Positions 9,985 to 19,388 of a stretch of 20,000 bases of DNA are shown piece after piece. The stretch is taken from the NCBI RefSeq assembly GCF_004010195.1, contig NC_057719.1:73748042-73768041 (forward strand), read 5' to 3'. The position numbers and the translations under genes were made by a program. A model generated the notes under the pieces. That model made no database searches, was not told the DNA's origin, and saw nothing but the letters and a program-made list of their open reading frames with translations. Source of the DNA: Chiloscyllium plagiosum. Its lineage: Eukaryota. Position 1 is the first letter of the stretch. Each line of letters starts with the position of its first letter.

Positions 9985-11718
9985 ATTCCTGGACTAGTGC
10001 TCCACTGACATAAGATCCAACCCTACTGAACATCTGCTTGAATTTAAGTTAAATTAATTAAGAAATCTGGAATTTAATTTTTAAATTGTCTCAATAATTA
10101 TAACACTACTGGATTATTGTTATAATATAATTGGGTCATGAATGACCTGGAAGGAAATCTGTCATCCTTTGCTAGTCTGGTCCACATGTGACTCCAGACT
10201 CACAACAATGTTAATGACTCTTAACTAGTGTCAGAGAAGACCCAGTAAGTTGTACCAAAGGCTTACTGAAAAAAAAAAGCAACAAGAATAAAACTGTACG
10301 GGCTGGTCAGCACTCATGAGAAACAACAAATACGTTCACTGTAAAGTTCTTCTTATTGACATCCAAATTCATTATGATAGCCTGGCAAAGTCATACGCAG
10401 TGAATAGTACCTCATTACCAATTTCACAGAAACCTCTATCCTCTGAAGGTAGACCCACCACAAGGCGAACAGTGGAAAACGACCAAGATGGAGTAGTCCT
10501 GGAAGTTTTCCAGCCCCATGCAATCTCAGAGCATTAATACAAGTAATCATTCTACTGATTTTGCCTGATCCCCCTCCCCCAGCTAATGAGTCAGTGCTCC
10601 TTCATGTAAAATATAACTTGGAAGAAGCATTGAGTGTAGCAGAAACACAGATTGAAAAATGGGTGGTGAACTAAGCTATCCATCATGGTGGCTTGGTATC
10701 ATCACAGACCAACTCGCTGCATGCTGATGGACTGCTAGAATGGCAGATTGGTCTTGCAGCAGGTGGTGAGTGAACCAGCATGGGATCCTCACCTATCATC
10801 AGTGCATCTGTCCTTGATAGTATAGGTAACAGCAACCACTGGGCTGTACTTGTGAAGACAAAGTCCCGTCTTCACATTGAAGATACCCCATTATGATGTA
10901 CGGCAATGAAAAAAATGGTAATGTCACCATAGTCCTACTGGTCAAAGGGCAGCTCTCTCATTAGAGAGAGACAACTGGTGAGGGTTTAACCTGAGGGTCA
11001 CCACTTCTCAAGTGAGGGGAGAGTTTGAAAAAGAATCCTTTGTGATAACCTCAATTCACAGGGGAAATTGAACCCACGCTGTTGATATCACTAACCAGCC
11101 AGCCAACCAACTGAGCTAACCCCTCACCACCAACAACCTTTGGTTTCTCATTACCTGGCGATTTAACAATCTTATACTGTGGCTTTAATAATGGTTCAAA
11201 AGCTGGTAATTCTGCATTAACTCACTGTCTGAGTCTCCAATGCTTGCCCACCATTTACAAGGCAAACGTCAGGAATATTATGGAATAGCGTCCACTTGCC
11301 TGCAACTCCAATTACACTCGAAACCTTGCATTATTAAAAACAAAATGACCTGCTTGATATTCATCCTATTCACCATCTTAAACATGCTTCCTCTCCAGTA
11401 CTGGCAAATTGTGATAATTGTCTTTACAAAGCACATGTACACTACAGCAACTCACCCAAGGCTCTTCTGACATTACACTTCAAAACCACATTCTCTGGCA
11501 TTAGAGCGACAAAGGCAGCAGATACATGGGTACTTGCAAGGTTCCCATCAAACCACATGTTGTCCTTACTTTGAACTATGTTGCCATTCTTTCACTGGCA
11601 TGAGTCAAAAACCAGAGCTCCCATTCTGGGTGTACCTACACCATGTTCTTGAAGGAAATTGGGGATGGGCAACAAACATTAACTGTGCCAACAATGTGCT
11701 CATCCTATGAATGAATGT
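9985..11718 (+). mobile_element. Degenerate, internally deleted APE-type LINE (CR1/L2 group) with SINE-A-like 5' head, endonuclease remnant and 3' end; interrupted by another SINE
   Basis: 9985-10255 matches the SINE family A body. From 10573 it translates PPPANESVLLHVKYNLEEALSVAETQIEKWVVN*AIHH (cf. YRPP...GDFN.HH); from 10801 SASVLDSIGNSNHWAVLV (cf. the SDH motif); from 11250 TIYKANVRNIME*RPLA (cf. LYK..VR..MEY). Tail ends CATCCTATGAATGAAT. The RT core is absent. Confidence 0.75.
10918..11122 (-). mobile_element. tRNA-derived SINE (family B), nested in the LINE
   Basis: Minus strand begins GGTTAGCTCAGTTGG (A box), has GGGTTCAATTTCC (B-box-like), body GTGACCCTCAGGTTAAACC, and ends GACTATGGTGACATTAC. 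Unrelated to HE1 or family A bodies. Confidence 0.75.
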
Positions 11719-12853
11719 GAAGAGGTTAGTGGGTAATAATTGTTTAAACCTTGAGAATATTCCTAGATTGATCCTTCTTTTAAACTCATACAGGATGAAT
11801 TGTTTAAAGTCAACTTAAACTCCTGTAGGAACACTAACTGAGAATAAGGCATTTGCACCGAGGTTCAGGATAATGCAATTCTGGGACAAGCCTCCCAGCT
11901 AAGCTGCAAAGTAAATCTTTGTCATCTTCCTAGCATTTAGCGGGCTTAACCCACCAGCGTGACACTTCTGTGTCTTACAAAAGCTATCTTTGTGTCGTGT
12001 CTCAATCAGTTTGCCAAATTTCTGTCAAGTTATTAGCAGTTTTTATTTGTGGATTTGCATACTCTGTGAAACTCAGTGGAGTCCACTGCAGCACTGGCTG
12101 ACCATCACCTTATATTGGATGGGCTAGTTTTTAACTGCATCGCTGACATACAAGCAACGTTAACACTGACAGAACAATATTAATTCAAACTAGATTTTTT
12201 TTGTTGGAACCTGATTATTCAGATGCCTTTCCTTGAGATTACTTACTACTGGTGTTTTTACTGTTCCAGTGATAATCTATTGTATTTCAGAAGCATTTTA
12301 TTGCTTTGGTTTTTTCCACAACAGCCATAAAACTGATGAAAATCCTTGCCTGCCATTTCTCTAAGAAACAAAGTCAACAGAGTTTTAAAGATGGACAGCA
12401 ATAAGCAGATGCCTTGTTTGCACATACACATCCATTAATATTCTTTTCATGAGCATCAGTGGATTCCAGAAATTCTGATATTTAATGAGGAATCTAGGCT
12501 TCTGCTGCCAGCCGGCAATGTTTTTTTCCAAACCAAACATTGACCTTTTGGTAAAGTATTTTATTTCCCTTTATTGTTTTGGGAATCAGAACACAGTACA
12601 GTTAAACTCAATGTCTTATTTTAGTGTCCCACTTCATTCAGAAAAAATGCATTTATAGATTTTGCTGCTGTCTGAGTTTGTTCAGTGCAGCTCCCTACTG
12701 CAGTCAGAACACTACTTTTATAGCCAAAGGGTACAATTCTTACATTAAATATATCACATTCTTCACGTATCCCTACATTTCTTATTTTATCAACATGATT
12801 TTAATATCTTCTCCTTTCTTGCACTCCTGTCTGTACATTGTTTCCTTTTTCAG

Positions 12854-12877
12854 ACATTGGAGGGTTTGAATTGCTCG
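12854..12877 (+). other. Candidate 24-nt microexon of an unidentified host gene
   Basis: Long pyrimidine tract ending TTTCCTTTTTCAG, then ACATTGGAGGGTTTGAATTGCTCG, then GTAAGG donor. Length is a multiple of 3; two frames are open (TLEGLNCS or xIGGFELLx). Splice signals only. Confidence 0.35.
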
Positions 12878-13547
12878 GTAAGGCAGGCTGCAGCCATGGA
12901 TCCTTGAATCGTTCAGGGCACAGTTGCAAGTCTTGAGCAAGAGGTGGTTGCCATTATAGGCAAATGCCACTGGATCCCAGGCTGTAAAAAAGAGTAAGGC
13001 AGCAGATCTCTGGTGGAGAGAAGTAAAGACTCTGGAAAAGAAAAGCCTTTCAGAAACTGCGCAATTATGAGGACAAGAGAAAAACAGATGTTTAATTGAG
13101 ATAATTGCAAGCTATTCTGTATGAGTTATGTCAGAGCAAATGTTACCATGAGCTATAAATCACTTCCCGACGACATAAAAGCCCAAGTGAAAATGTAACA
13201 CATATAATGAATTTTGTATTCCTGTCTGATGTTTTGGCTTGTATACCTTTCATTTACAATTTTGAACTGAACTGTGTTCTGCCCTTCCATTTGTTTATTT
13301 GTTTGGGATGTTAGCCATTTGGCTACAAATACACTCTCATTCTTAATGCTTCCTGTTTTCAGCAGCTGCTTTCCATTAATGCCTTAGTCTGACATTTGAA
13401 TGGCCAGACATTATTTTGATCTGATTGCTGAAATTTATTCTCTCAAGTGAAAGCAGTTTACATTTATGTACTCTGCAGTTGCTTCACCAATCACATTGAA
13501 GTATTCTTATAGTTAGCAGATAAAAAGGTGAAATGCATTTTTGTTCT

Positions 13548-14213
13548 TCAGAGAGTCTTACAGCATGGAAATCGACCCTTTGGTCCAACCAGTCCATGCC
13601 AAACATAACCCCAAACTAAACTAGCCCACCTGCCTGCTCCTGGCCCATATCCCTCCAAACCTTTCCTATTCATCTACTTATCTGAATGTCTTTCAACTAT
13701 TGTAAATGTGCCCACATCCACCACTTCCTCAGGAAGTTCATTCTACACATGAACCACCCTCTGTGTAATAAAAAAAAGCCTCTGATGTTGTTTTTAAATC
13801 TCTCCTCTTACCTTAAAAATGTTCCCTGAGTCTTGAAATCCCTCATTCTAGGGAAAAGACACCTACCATTAACTCTATCTATACCCGCCATGATTTTATA
13901 AACTTCCATCAGGTCACTTCTCAACCTCCTAAGCTCCAGTGAAAAAAGTCCCAACGTATTCAACCTTTCTTCATAACTCAAACCTTCCATACCTGGCAAC
14001 ATCCTGATAAATCTCTTCTGAACACTTTCCAACTTAACAATATCCTTCCTGTAACTGAGCGACCAGAATTGGACACAGTACTCCAGAAGAGGCCTCACCA
14101 AAGTCCTGTACAACCTCAACATGACTTCCCAACTCCTATACTCAAAGGACTGAGCAGTGAAGGCAAGCATGCTAATCGCCTTTTGAACCACCTTGCCTAT
14201 ATGTGACACAAAC
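13548..14213 (-). mobile_element. CR1 (HER1-type) LINE, 5'-truncated: ORF2 C-terminus plus 3' UTR
   Basis: ORF 13808..14215(-) reads LYRTLVRPLLEYCVQFWS...KLESVQKRFIRMLPGMEGLSYEERL..LGLFSLE.RRLR.DL..VYKIM, the characteristic CR1 ORF2 post-RT region. The 3' tail resembles the HE1 tail at 18300-18350. Confidence 0.95.
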
Positions 14214-14375
14214 ATATTTGTGTTGAATTTAGTTTAACAGGGGAAAAAAAAATCATATACATACAATTAAGGTGACGGCTTAACGTAAATAAACTTGCTT
14301 TTGAATTTTTAAAATAAGAATACACAGACATTTTTCTCATGGGGAAACTTGACAGATATAAAATTATATCTGTCA

Positions 14376-15013
14376 AAAACGGATACCCGCGCAACTTCAT
14401 CAGCAGATGCCTAAGAGAAAGACCACGGAACGAGGACATACCACAACCAAAAGGACTAGCCACACTACCATACATCAGGAGCATCTCGGAACTGACTGCC
14501 AGACTACTGCGACCCCTAGGACTCATAACGGCATACAAACCAACAGCCACGCTCAGACAACAACTCACCAGAACGAAGGACCCGATACCCAACATGAGCA
14601 AAACGAATGTAGTGTACAAAATACCATGCAAGGACTGCACTAAACACTATATAGGACAAACAGGAAGACAGCTAACAATCCGCATACATGAACATCAACT
14701 AGCCACGAAACGACACGACCAGCTATCCTTAGTAGCCACACACGCAGACAACAAGCAACATGAATTCGACTGGGACAACACTACTATCATAGGGCAAGCC
14801 AGACAGAGAACAGCCAGGGAATTCCTAGAGGCATGGCATTCATCCACAAACTCCATCAACAAACACATCGACCTGGACCCAATATACCAACCACTACAGC
14901 GGACAGCTGAAACTGACAACCGGAAGCGGCAGGGACAGACCACTATAAACACCGGAGGAAACATCAAAGAAGCGCTTCGCAGGAGGCTCCCAAGCACTGA
15001 TGATGTCGCCTAG
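14376..15013 (+). pseudogene. Penelope-like ORF C-terminal part: RT thumb/linker and GIY-YIG endonuclease (uninterrupted frame, truncated 5')
   Basis: KNGYP...LPYI...VVYKIPCKDCTKHYIGQTGRQLTIRIHEH...LVATH...HEFDW...REFLEAWH...SINK: NGYP motif, GIY-YIG variant VVY/YIG, CxxC plus two His, catalytic R/E/N. The ATG at 14339 lies in the host flank. Confidence 0.92.
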
Positions 15014-15033
15014 CCAGGGGACGAAACGTTTGC
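14994..15033 (+). ncRNA. Minimal type I hammerhead ribozyme motif (Penelope-associated)
   Basis: Stem I GCA (14994-14996) pairs with TGC (15031-15033); CTGATGA 14997-15003; stem II GTC.CCT-AGCC-AGG.GAC; GAAA 15023-15026; palindromic ACGT stem III; putative GUU cleavage triplet 15028-15030. Confidence 0.75.
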
Positions 15034-15189
15034 AACAAAAACTTCCAGCTCGGCGAACAGAACCACAACAACGAGCACCCGAGCTACAAATCTTCGCACA
15101 AACTTTGAATATAAAATTATATTTTCAGGGCAGTGAGTCTGTCCGTTACTAATTATAAATTCTAAAACCAATAACGTAGCATTCAGAGA

Positions 15190-15505
15190 AAGAAAATAGG
15201 AGCAGGAGTAGGCCATTTGGCCCTTGAACCTGCCCTATCATTCAATATGATCATGGCTGATCATCCAATTCAGTCCCCTATTCCTGCTTTCTTCCCACAC
15301 CCTTTGATCCCTTTAGCTCTAAAAACTATATCGAACTTCTTCTTGAAAAATATTCAATATTTTCACCTCAGGCACTTCCTGTGGTAGAGAATTCCACAGG
15401 CTCACCACTCTCTGGGTGAAGAAATTTCTCCTCATTTTACTCCTAAAAGGCCGATTCCATATTCTTGCACTATGACCCCTGACTCTGGACTCCCAGTCAT
15501 CGGAA
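15190..15505 (-). mobile_element. CR1 LINE 3' fragment (second subfamily)
   Basis: Minus ORF 15319..15678 ends ESRVRGHS.RI..RPFRSKMRRNFFTQRVVSLWNSLPQ, a CR1 ORF2 C-terminal motif, followed by a typical 3' UTR. Confidence 0.9.
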
Positions 15506-15579
15506 CAGTGATTATAATGTATCAAATACATAAATTGTTGATGGAGTTCAATAAAAACGTTTGCCAACATTCCAGATTT

Positions 15580-16850
15580 TGATAGAGCTAATTTCAAAGG
15601 ATGAGATTGATATTCAGCAGACTGGTCAAACTTATTATGGATAAAACTACAGATGAACAGCAGAAGATGTTCTGCCAAGAAACTTGAGGTCTATCGACTA
15701 AATAAAGCCATGCTGCTTTAGAAAAAAGTGAGGACTGCAGATGCTGGAGATCAGAGTCGAAGAGTGGTGCTGGGAAAGCACAGCCAGTCAGGCAGCATCC
15801 AAGGAAGCAGGAGAATCGGCATTTCAGGCATAAGCCCTTCATCTGGAATGAGCTGATGAAGGGCTCATGCCCGAAACATCGATTCTCCTGCTCCTCGGAT
15901 GCTGCCTGACCTGCTGTGTTTTCCCAGCACCACACTCTTCGACGCTGGTTTAGAACAAAATCTAAAGGAAAGAGAATAAACAGGTCAAATGTAAGAAAGT
16001 AAATCCAGGGGACTGGCAGAGATGTAAAGAACAAACGCAAAACAAAAATGGTAGGAAGATCTGCAAAAGGGAATATTAAAACATACAAGTGGGAAATATA
16101 GAAATTAGCATTATGATTTTATTGTTACATTCAAAACAAATGACTCATTGAATAATTATTAGTATCCAGAAGAGTGGATGATGATTATATAACTGACATT
16201 CTGGAGAAATAATGAATATTGAATCAAAGACTGGAACTCATAAAAGATAATAAGCAAGAGAACAATATGAGAAAAAAAAGGCTTAAAGTTGACAGATCCT
16301 TAAATCCTGATTATTTATACTCTCAGATATTAATTGACGCAGGCAAGGAAATTAAGGATGCAAATATCAGACTGTTACAAATCTTTTTTTGGTTCAGCAA
16401 TTGGCCCTAAAGATTAGAAAATTGCAAATCTGCCTCCATAATTTAAGAATTATGAGCAAGAGAGAAATATGGAATTTGTGATTAATGTAACATAATGATT
16501 GAAATCTTTACTTAGAAAATCGACAGAGAAATTTGAGCTGATGAGGCAGACTCAACATGGATTTTTAAAAAGTACAAAATATGCAGTAAAGCTAATTAAG
16601 CTTGTTAATGAAATAACAAAAGAACTTGAACTATTTTACAATAACTTTGAGTAAATAGTTCATGTGGTTACACCTCCAGGGCCAATAATTAATATTAAAG
16701 CTTACAGAATGGAAGACAAATTATTCACCTGCAAGGAGATATCTTCGATGATAGAAGATAAAGTAGGTATAATGGGAAGTTATCAGCTTGGAAGGAAGTC
16801 ATTTAGAGGAGTCAGTATAATTAGCAAATTAAGTAACACACTGAAGAACT
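15580..16850 (+). mobile_element. Old, heavily degraded CR1 ORF2 internal fragment (EN-RT linker and RT start), interrupted by the hairpin element
   Basis: LKVDRSLNPDYLYSQILIDAGKEIKDA (cf. LK.DKSPGPDG.HPR.LKE...EI..AL); KD*KIANLPP*FK near 16409-16447 (cf. DW..ANV.P.FKK); LMRQTQHGF from 16538 (cf. SQHGF). Boundaries approximate. Confidence 0.7.
15724..15943. mobile_element. Palindromic non-autonomous Penelope-related element with hammerhead-like cores
   Basis: Inverted arms 15756-15843 and 15855-15943 with an 11-nt spacer. CTGATGA (15853-15859), A, GGGC-TCAT-GCCC, GAAAC (15873-15877). Candidate TSD GCTGCTTTAGAA (15712-15723) / GCTGGTTTAGAA (15944-15955). Confidence 0.85.
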
Positions 16851-17047
16851 AAGAGTGTCAATGACACAAGGAAAATTATTGAGTTGGTGGTAGGATTCTT
16901 CAGTGTTTGTAACCATTATTTAGTAAGAACTAACAGAGACCAAAATGTTGAATAAAATTAGGTATGAATAAACTTGAAAGGTGAATAGATGCTATTGGTT
17001 TCAGACTTGTGGCATTTATTCTAAGTCACATACCTTTATGTTTGATT

Positions 17048-17350
17048 GTGGGATTTGTGTATTCATTACCATCTCTAATTGCCCAGGAGTAGGTGATATT
17101 GTACTGCCTTCATCACCTGCTGCAGTCCTTGGGGCATCGGAACACCCACAGTACTGTTAGGAAAGGTGTTCCAAACTGTTGTTGCATTAACACTGAAGAA
17201 ACAGCAATATAGCTCCAAATTAGGATGGTGAGTGGCTTGGAGGGTAACTTACAGGCAGTGTTGTTCCCATATATCTGAAGCCTGTGCTCTTTGATGAGGT
17301 CACAGGTTGAGAAGGTACTGTCAAAGGAGCTTTGATGAGCTATGCAATGC
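17048..17350 (-). mobile_element. 3' end of the same LINE family as 11215-11718
   Basis: ACCATCTCTAATTGCCC is the reverse complement of the shared tail (cf. GGGCAATTAGGGATGG at 18143-18158). TTCCCATATATCTG matches the reverse complement of CAGATACATGGG (11519-11530); AAGGAGCTTTGATGAG matches CTCACCCAAGGCTCTT. Confidence 0.75.
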
Positions 17351-17574
17351 TTCAGGGGATTTCCAAAGTGAATTTCGGGAGCACAAGTGGCATCTAGGTC
17401 AAACCCTTATTGTCTGTCCGCTTCCACAATTCATCCCAATCGCTAGCTCTGATTTTCCCTTCCTCACCTTGTAAAGTTACAGCAGTTTTCAGGCCTCAAA
17501 ATAGTGTCACACTGTGAAAAGATTTGGGACAGATTGCAACCATGTCTTGATAGTGAAGGTGATGGATGACTTTG

Positions 17575-17808
17575 GGGAGGTGGTGACGTTGTGCTAATGC
17601 CATTACACTAGTACCCTTGGTTAGTGTTCTGGCGACATGGATTTGAACCCTGCCATGGCAGATGGTGGAATTAGAATTCAAAAATCTGGAATTCAAAAGC
17701 GAGTGTAATAGTGACCATGAAACCATTGTCAGTTAGCGTCAGAACTCATCTTGTTCAATAATGTCATTTAAGGAAGGACTCCAGACCACAGTAATGTGGT
17801 TAACTCTG
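17575..17808 (+). mobile_element. SINE family A copy (tail missing)
   Basis: TGCCATGGCAGATGGTGGAATT (17651-17672) is identical to 17941-17962; GACCATGAAACCATTGTCAGT is shared with 18001-18021. Confidence 0.85.
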
Positions 17809-17878
17809 AGCCCCTAGTGGACATTTAGGTAAGACAACAAGGTCCTTGAGTATTGTTGGAGCTGCACCTATCCAAACA

Positions 17879-18212
17879 AGTGGTATTGCTGCTGGACTAT
17901 TAATCTAGAGATGAGGTTCTGGGCACCTGGGTTCAAATGCTGCCATGGCAGATGGTGGAATTTACATTCAATAATAATCTGTAAATAAGGGTCGAATGAT
18001 GACCATGAAACCATTGTCAGTGGTCAGGAAAAACCCGTCAGGTTCACTAATGTCCTTTAGGAAAAGAAATCTACCCTTACCTGGACTGGCCTATGTGTGA
18101 TTTCAGACCCATAGCAATACGGTTGACTCTCAACTGCCCTCTGGGCAATTAGGGATGGAAAATAAATGCTGGGCCTAGCTACTAACACCTATATCCCATG
18201 AGTGAACTGAAA
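17879..18212 (+). mobile_element. SINE family A copy, near complete
   Basis: B-box-like GGGTTCAAATGC, conserved body, and tail GGGCAATTAGGGATGGAAAATAAATGCT...ATCCCATGAGTGAA. Confidence 0.85.
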
Positions 18213-18221
18213 ACGAAACAT

Positions 18222-18298
18222 TAGAGAGTCAGGAGGTGAGTTACTCATAGCAGAATTTCTGGCCTCTAATCTGCTCTTATCACCACAGTATTTGTAGG
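18222..18298 (-). mobile_element. Continuation of the minus-strand LINE (with a further piece at about 17842-17883)
   Basis: GAGTCAGGAGGTGAGTTA reverse-complements to TAACTCACCTCCTGACTC, cf. TAACTCACTGTCTGAGTC at 11218-11235. 17842-17883 reverse-complements to CCACTTG...GCAGCTCCAACAATACTC, cf. CCACTTGCCTGCAACTCCAATTACACTC at 11292-11319. Confidence 0.6.
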
Positions 18299-18299
18299 A

Positions 18300-18616
18300 T
18301 AAATCACTCCAGTGTGAAAATAGGTCATTTGGCCCAACAAGTCCACACGGACTCTCTGAAAAGTATCCCACCCTGACTCACCCCTACCCTATAACCCTAT
18401 ATTTCCTATGGCTAATTCATCTAACCTGCACATCCCAGCATGGCCAATCCACCTAATATGCGCATCTTTGGACTGTGGGAGGAAACCAGAAAAAACTCAT
18501 GCAGATACAGGGAGGATGTGCAAACTCCACACAGACAGTTGCCCAAGTGTGGAATTGAACCTGGGTCCCTGGCACTGTGAGGCAGTAGTGCTAATCACTG
18601 TGCCACTGTACTGCCC
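18300..18616 (-). mobile_element. HE1-type V-SINE, full length, moderately diverged
   Basis: Minus strand: GGGCAGTACAGTGGCACAGTGATTAGCACTACTGCCTCACAG...GGTTCAATTCC, V-domain TGTGTGGAGTTTGCACATCCTCCCTGTATCTGC...GGTTTCCTCCCACAGTCCAAAGATG, then a CR1-like tail. Confidence 0.92.
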
Positions 18617-19388
18617 CCATATGATTGAGCCAATTCAGTTTCTGGTGAATGGTTATTCTTAGCATGTAGATAGTGGTAAGTTCAGCAATGGTAATCTGTG
18701 ATCCATAGGATGTGAAACAAAGACAACATATTCTAAGTATACAAAAGTGAACTGTCCTCACTTTAGTTCTTCCTCTAACAACGGACTCAAGTAAAACTGC
18801 TATAGAGAGATCTTGCATTTCACGCATTGTGAAAACCGATATTGGTATTCAAGTAACATGCAGGAGTTATATTTATCAAAAATGCACTGTTTGGGAGATC
18901 TATAACTGTAAGATACTGTTTGTATCACTCTGAGATAAGGCCCAAAGGATGCCGGGACCATAGCTTGTCTACTTCATAAACCAAGGCAAGTGGGATCCAA
19001 GTATACATGTGGCAGTGTCATTAACAAACCAATATGACAACCTATACCTACATTCTACCCATTGTGTACAAGCAGATCACGGTGTTGTTGACTCTCCCTT
19101 GAGATCTCAGAAGTACAACCAGACAATGAGGCAAATGTATTAGTTATTGCAAAATCGTCAAATTGGACTAAAATTACTGTTTGACTTTCTCAACCTGAAC
19201 GTCAGTTTTAAAATCTCATGTACCAGCTCATCTTAATTTGCCTGCTAAGGTCTTTTCCATTTTTGTGTTGACATTCTTCAAAAGGGACAGCTTTCTTTTT
19301 GAACAATTGTTGTCCTTCTTGTTGGAAAAATAACCCATTTACATAGAAGTATGAGTTCAAAATAAGAATTATCTTGTACACAGACTTT

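Larger units (their letters stand above)
14370..15108 (+). mobile_element. Penelope-like retroelement, 5'-truncated, with 14-bp TSD
   Basis: GIY-YIG ORF, 3' hammerhead motif, and direct repeat ATATAAAATTATAT at 14356-14369 and 15109-15122. Strong A/C skew and retained CpGs relative to the flanks. Confidence 0.93.

Noticed and set aside
12325..12480. CTGATGA...GAAACAAAGTC as a hammerhead, TGATGA...CTGA as a C/D snoRNA, or an exon IKLMKILACHF...*
   Set aside because: No stem II adjacent to GAAA and no stem I; C box lacks the 5' purine and the terminal stem is poor; peptide unrecognised.
14197..14997. Antisense and alternate-frame ORFs over the Penelope element
   Set aside because: Shadow ORFs caused by the A/C-skewed coding strand.
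16538..16556. CTGATGAG-GCAGA-CTC hammerhead-like start
   Set aside because: No GAAA follows; explained as CR1 ORF2 codons (LMRQTQHGF).
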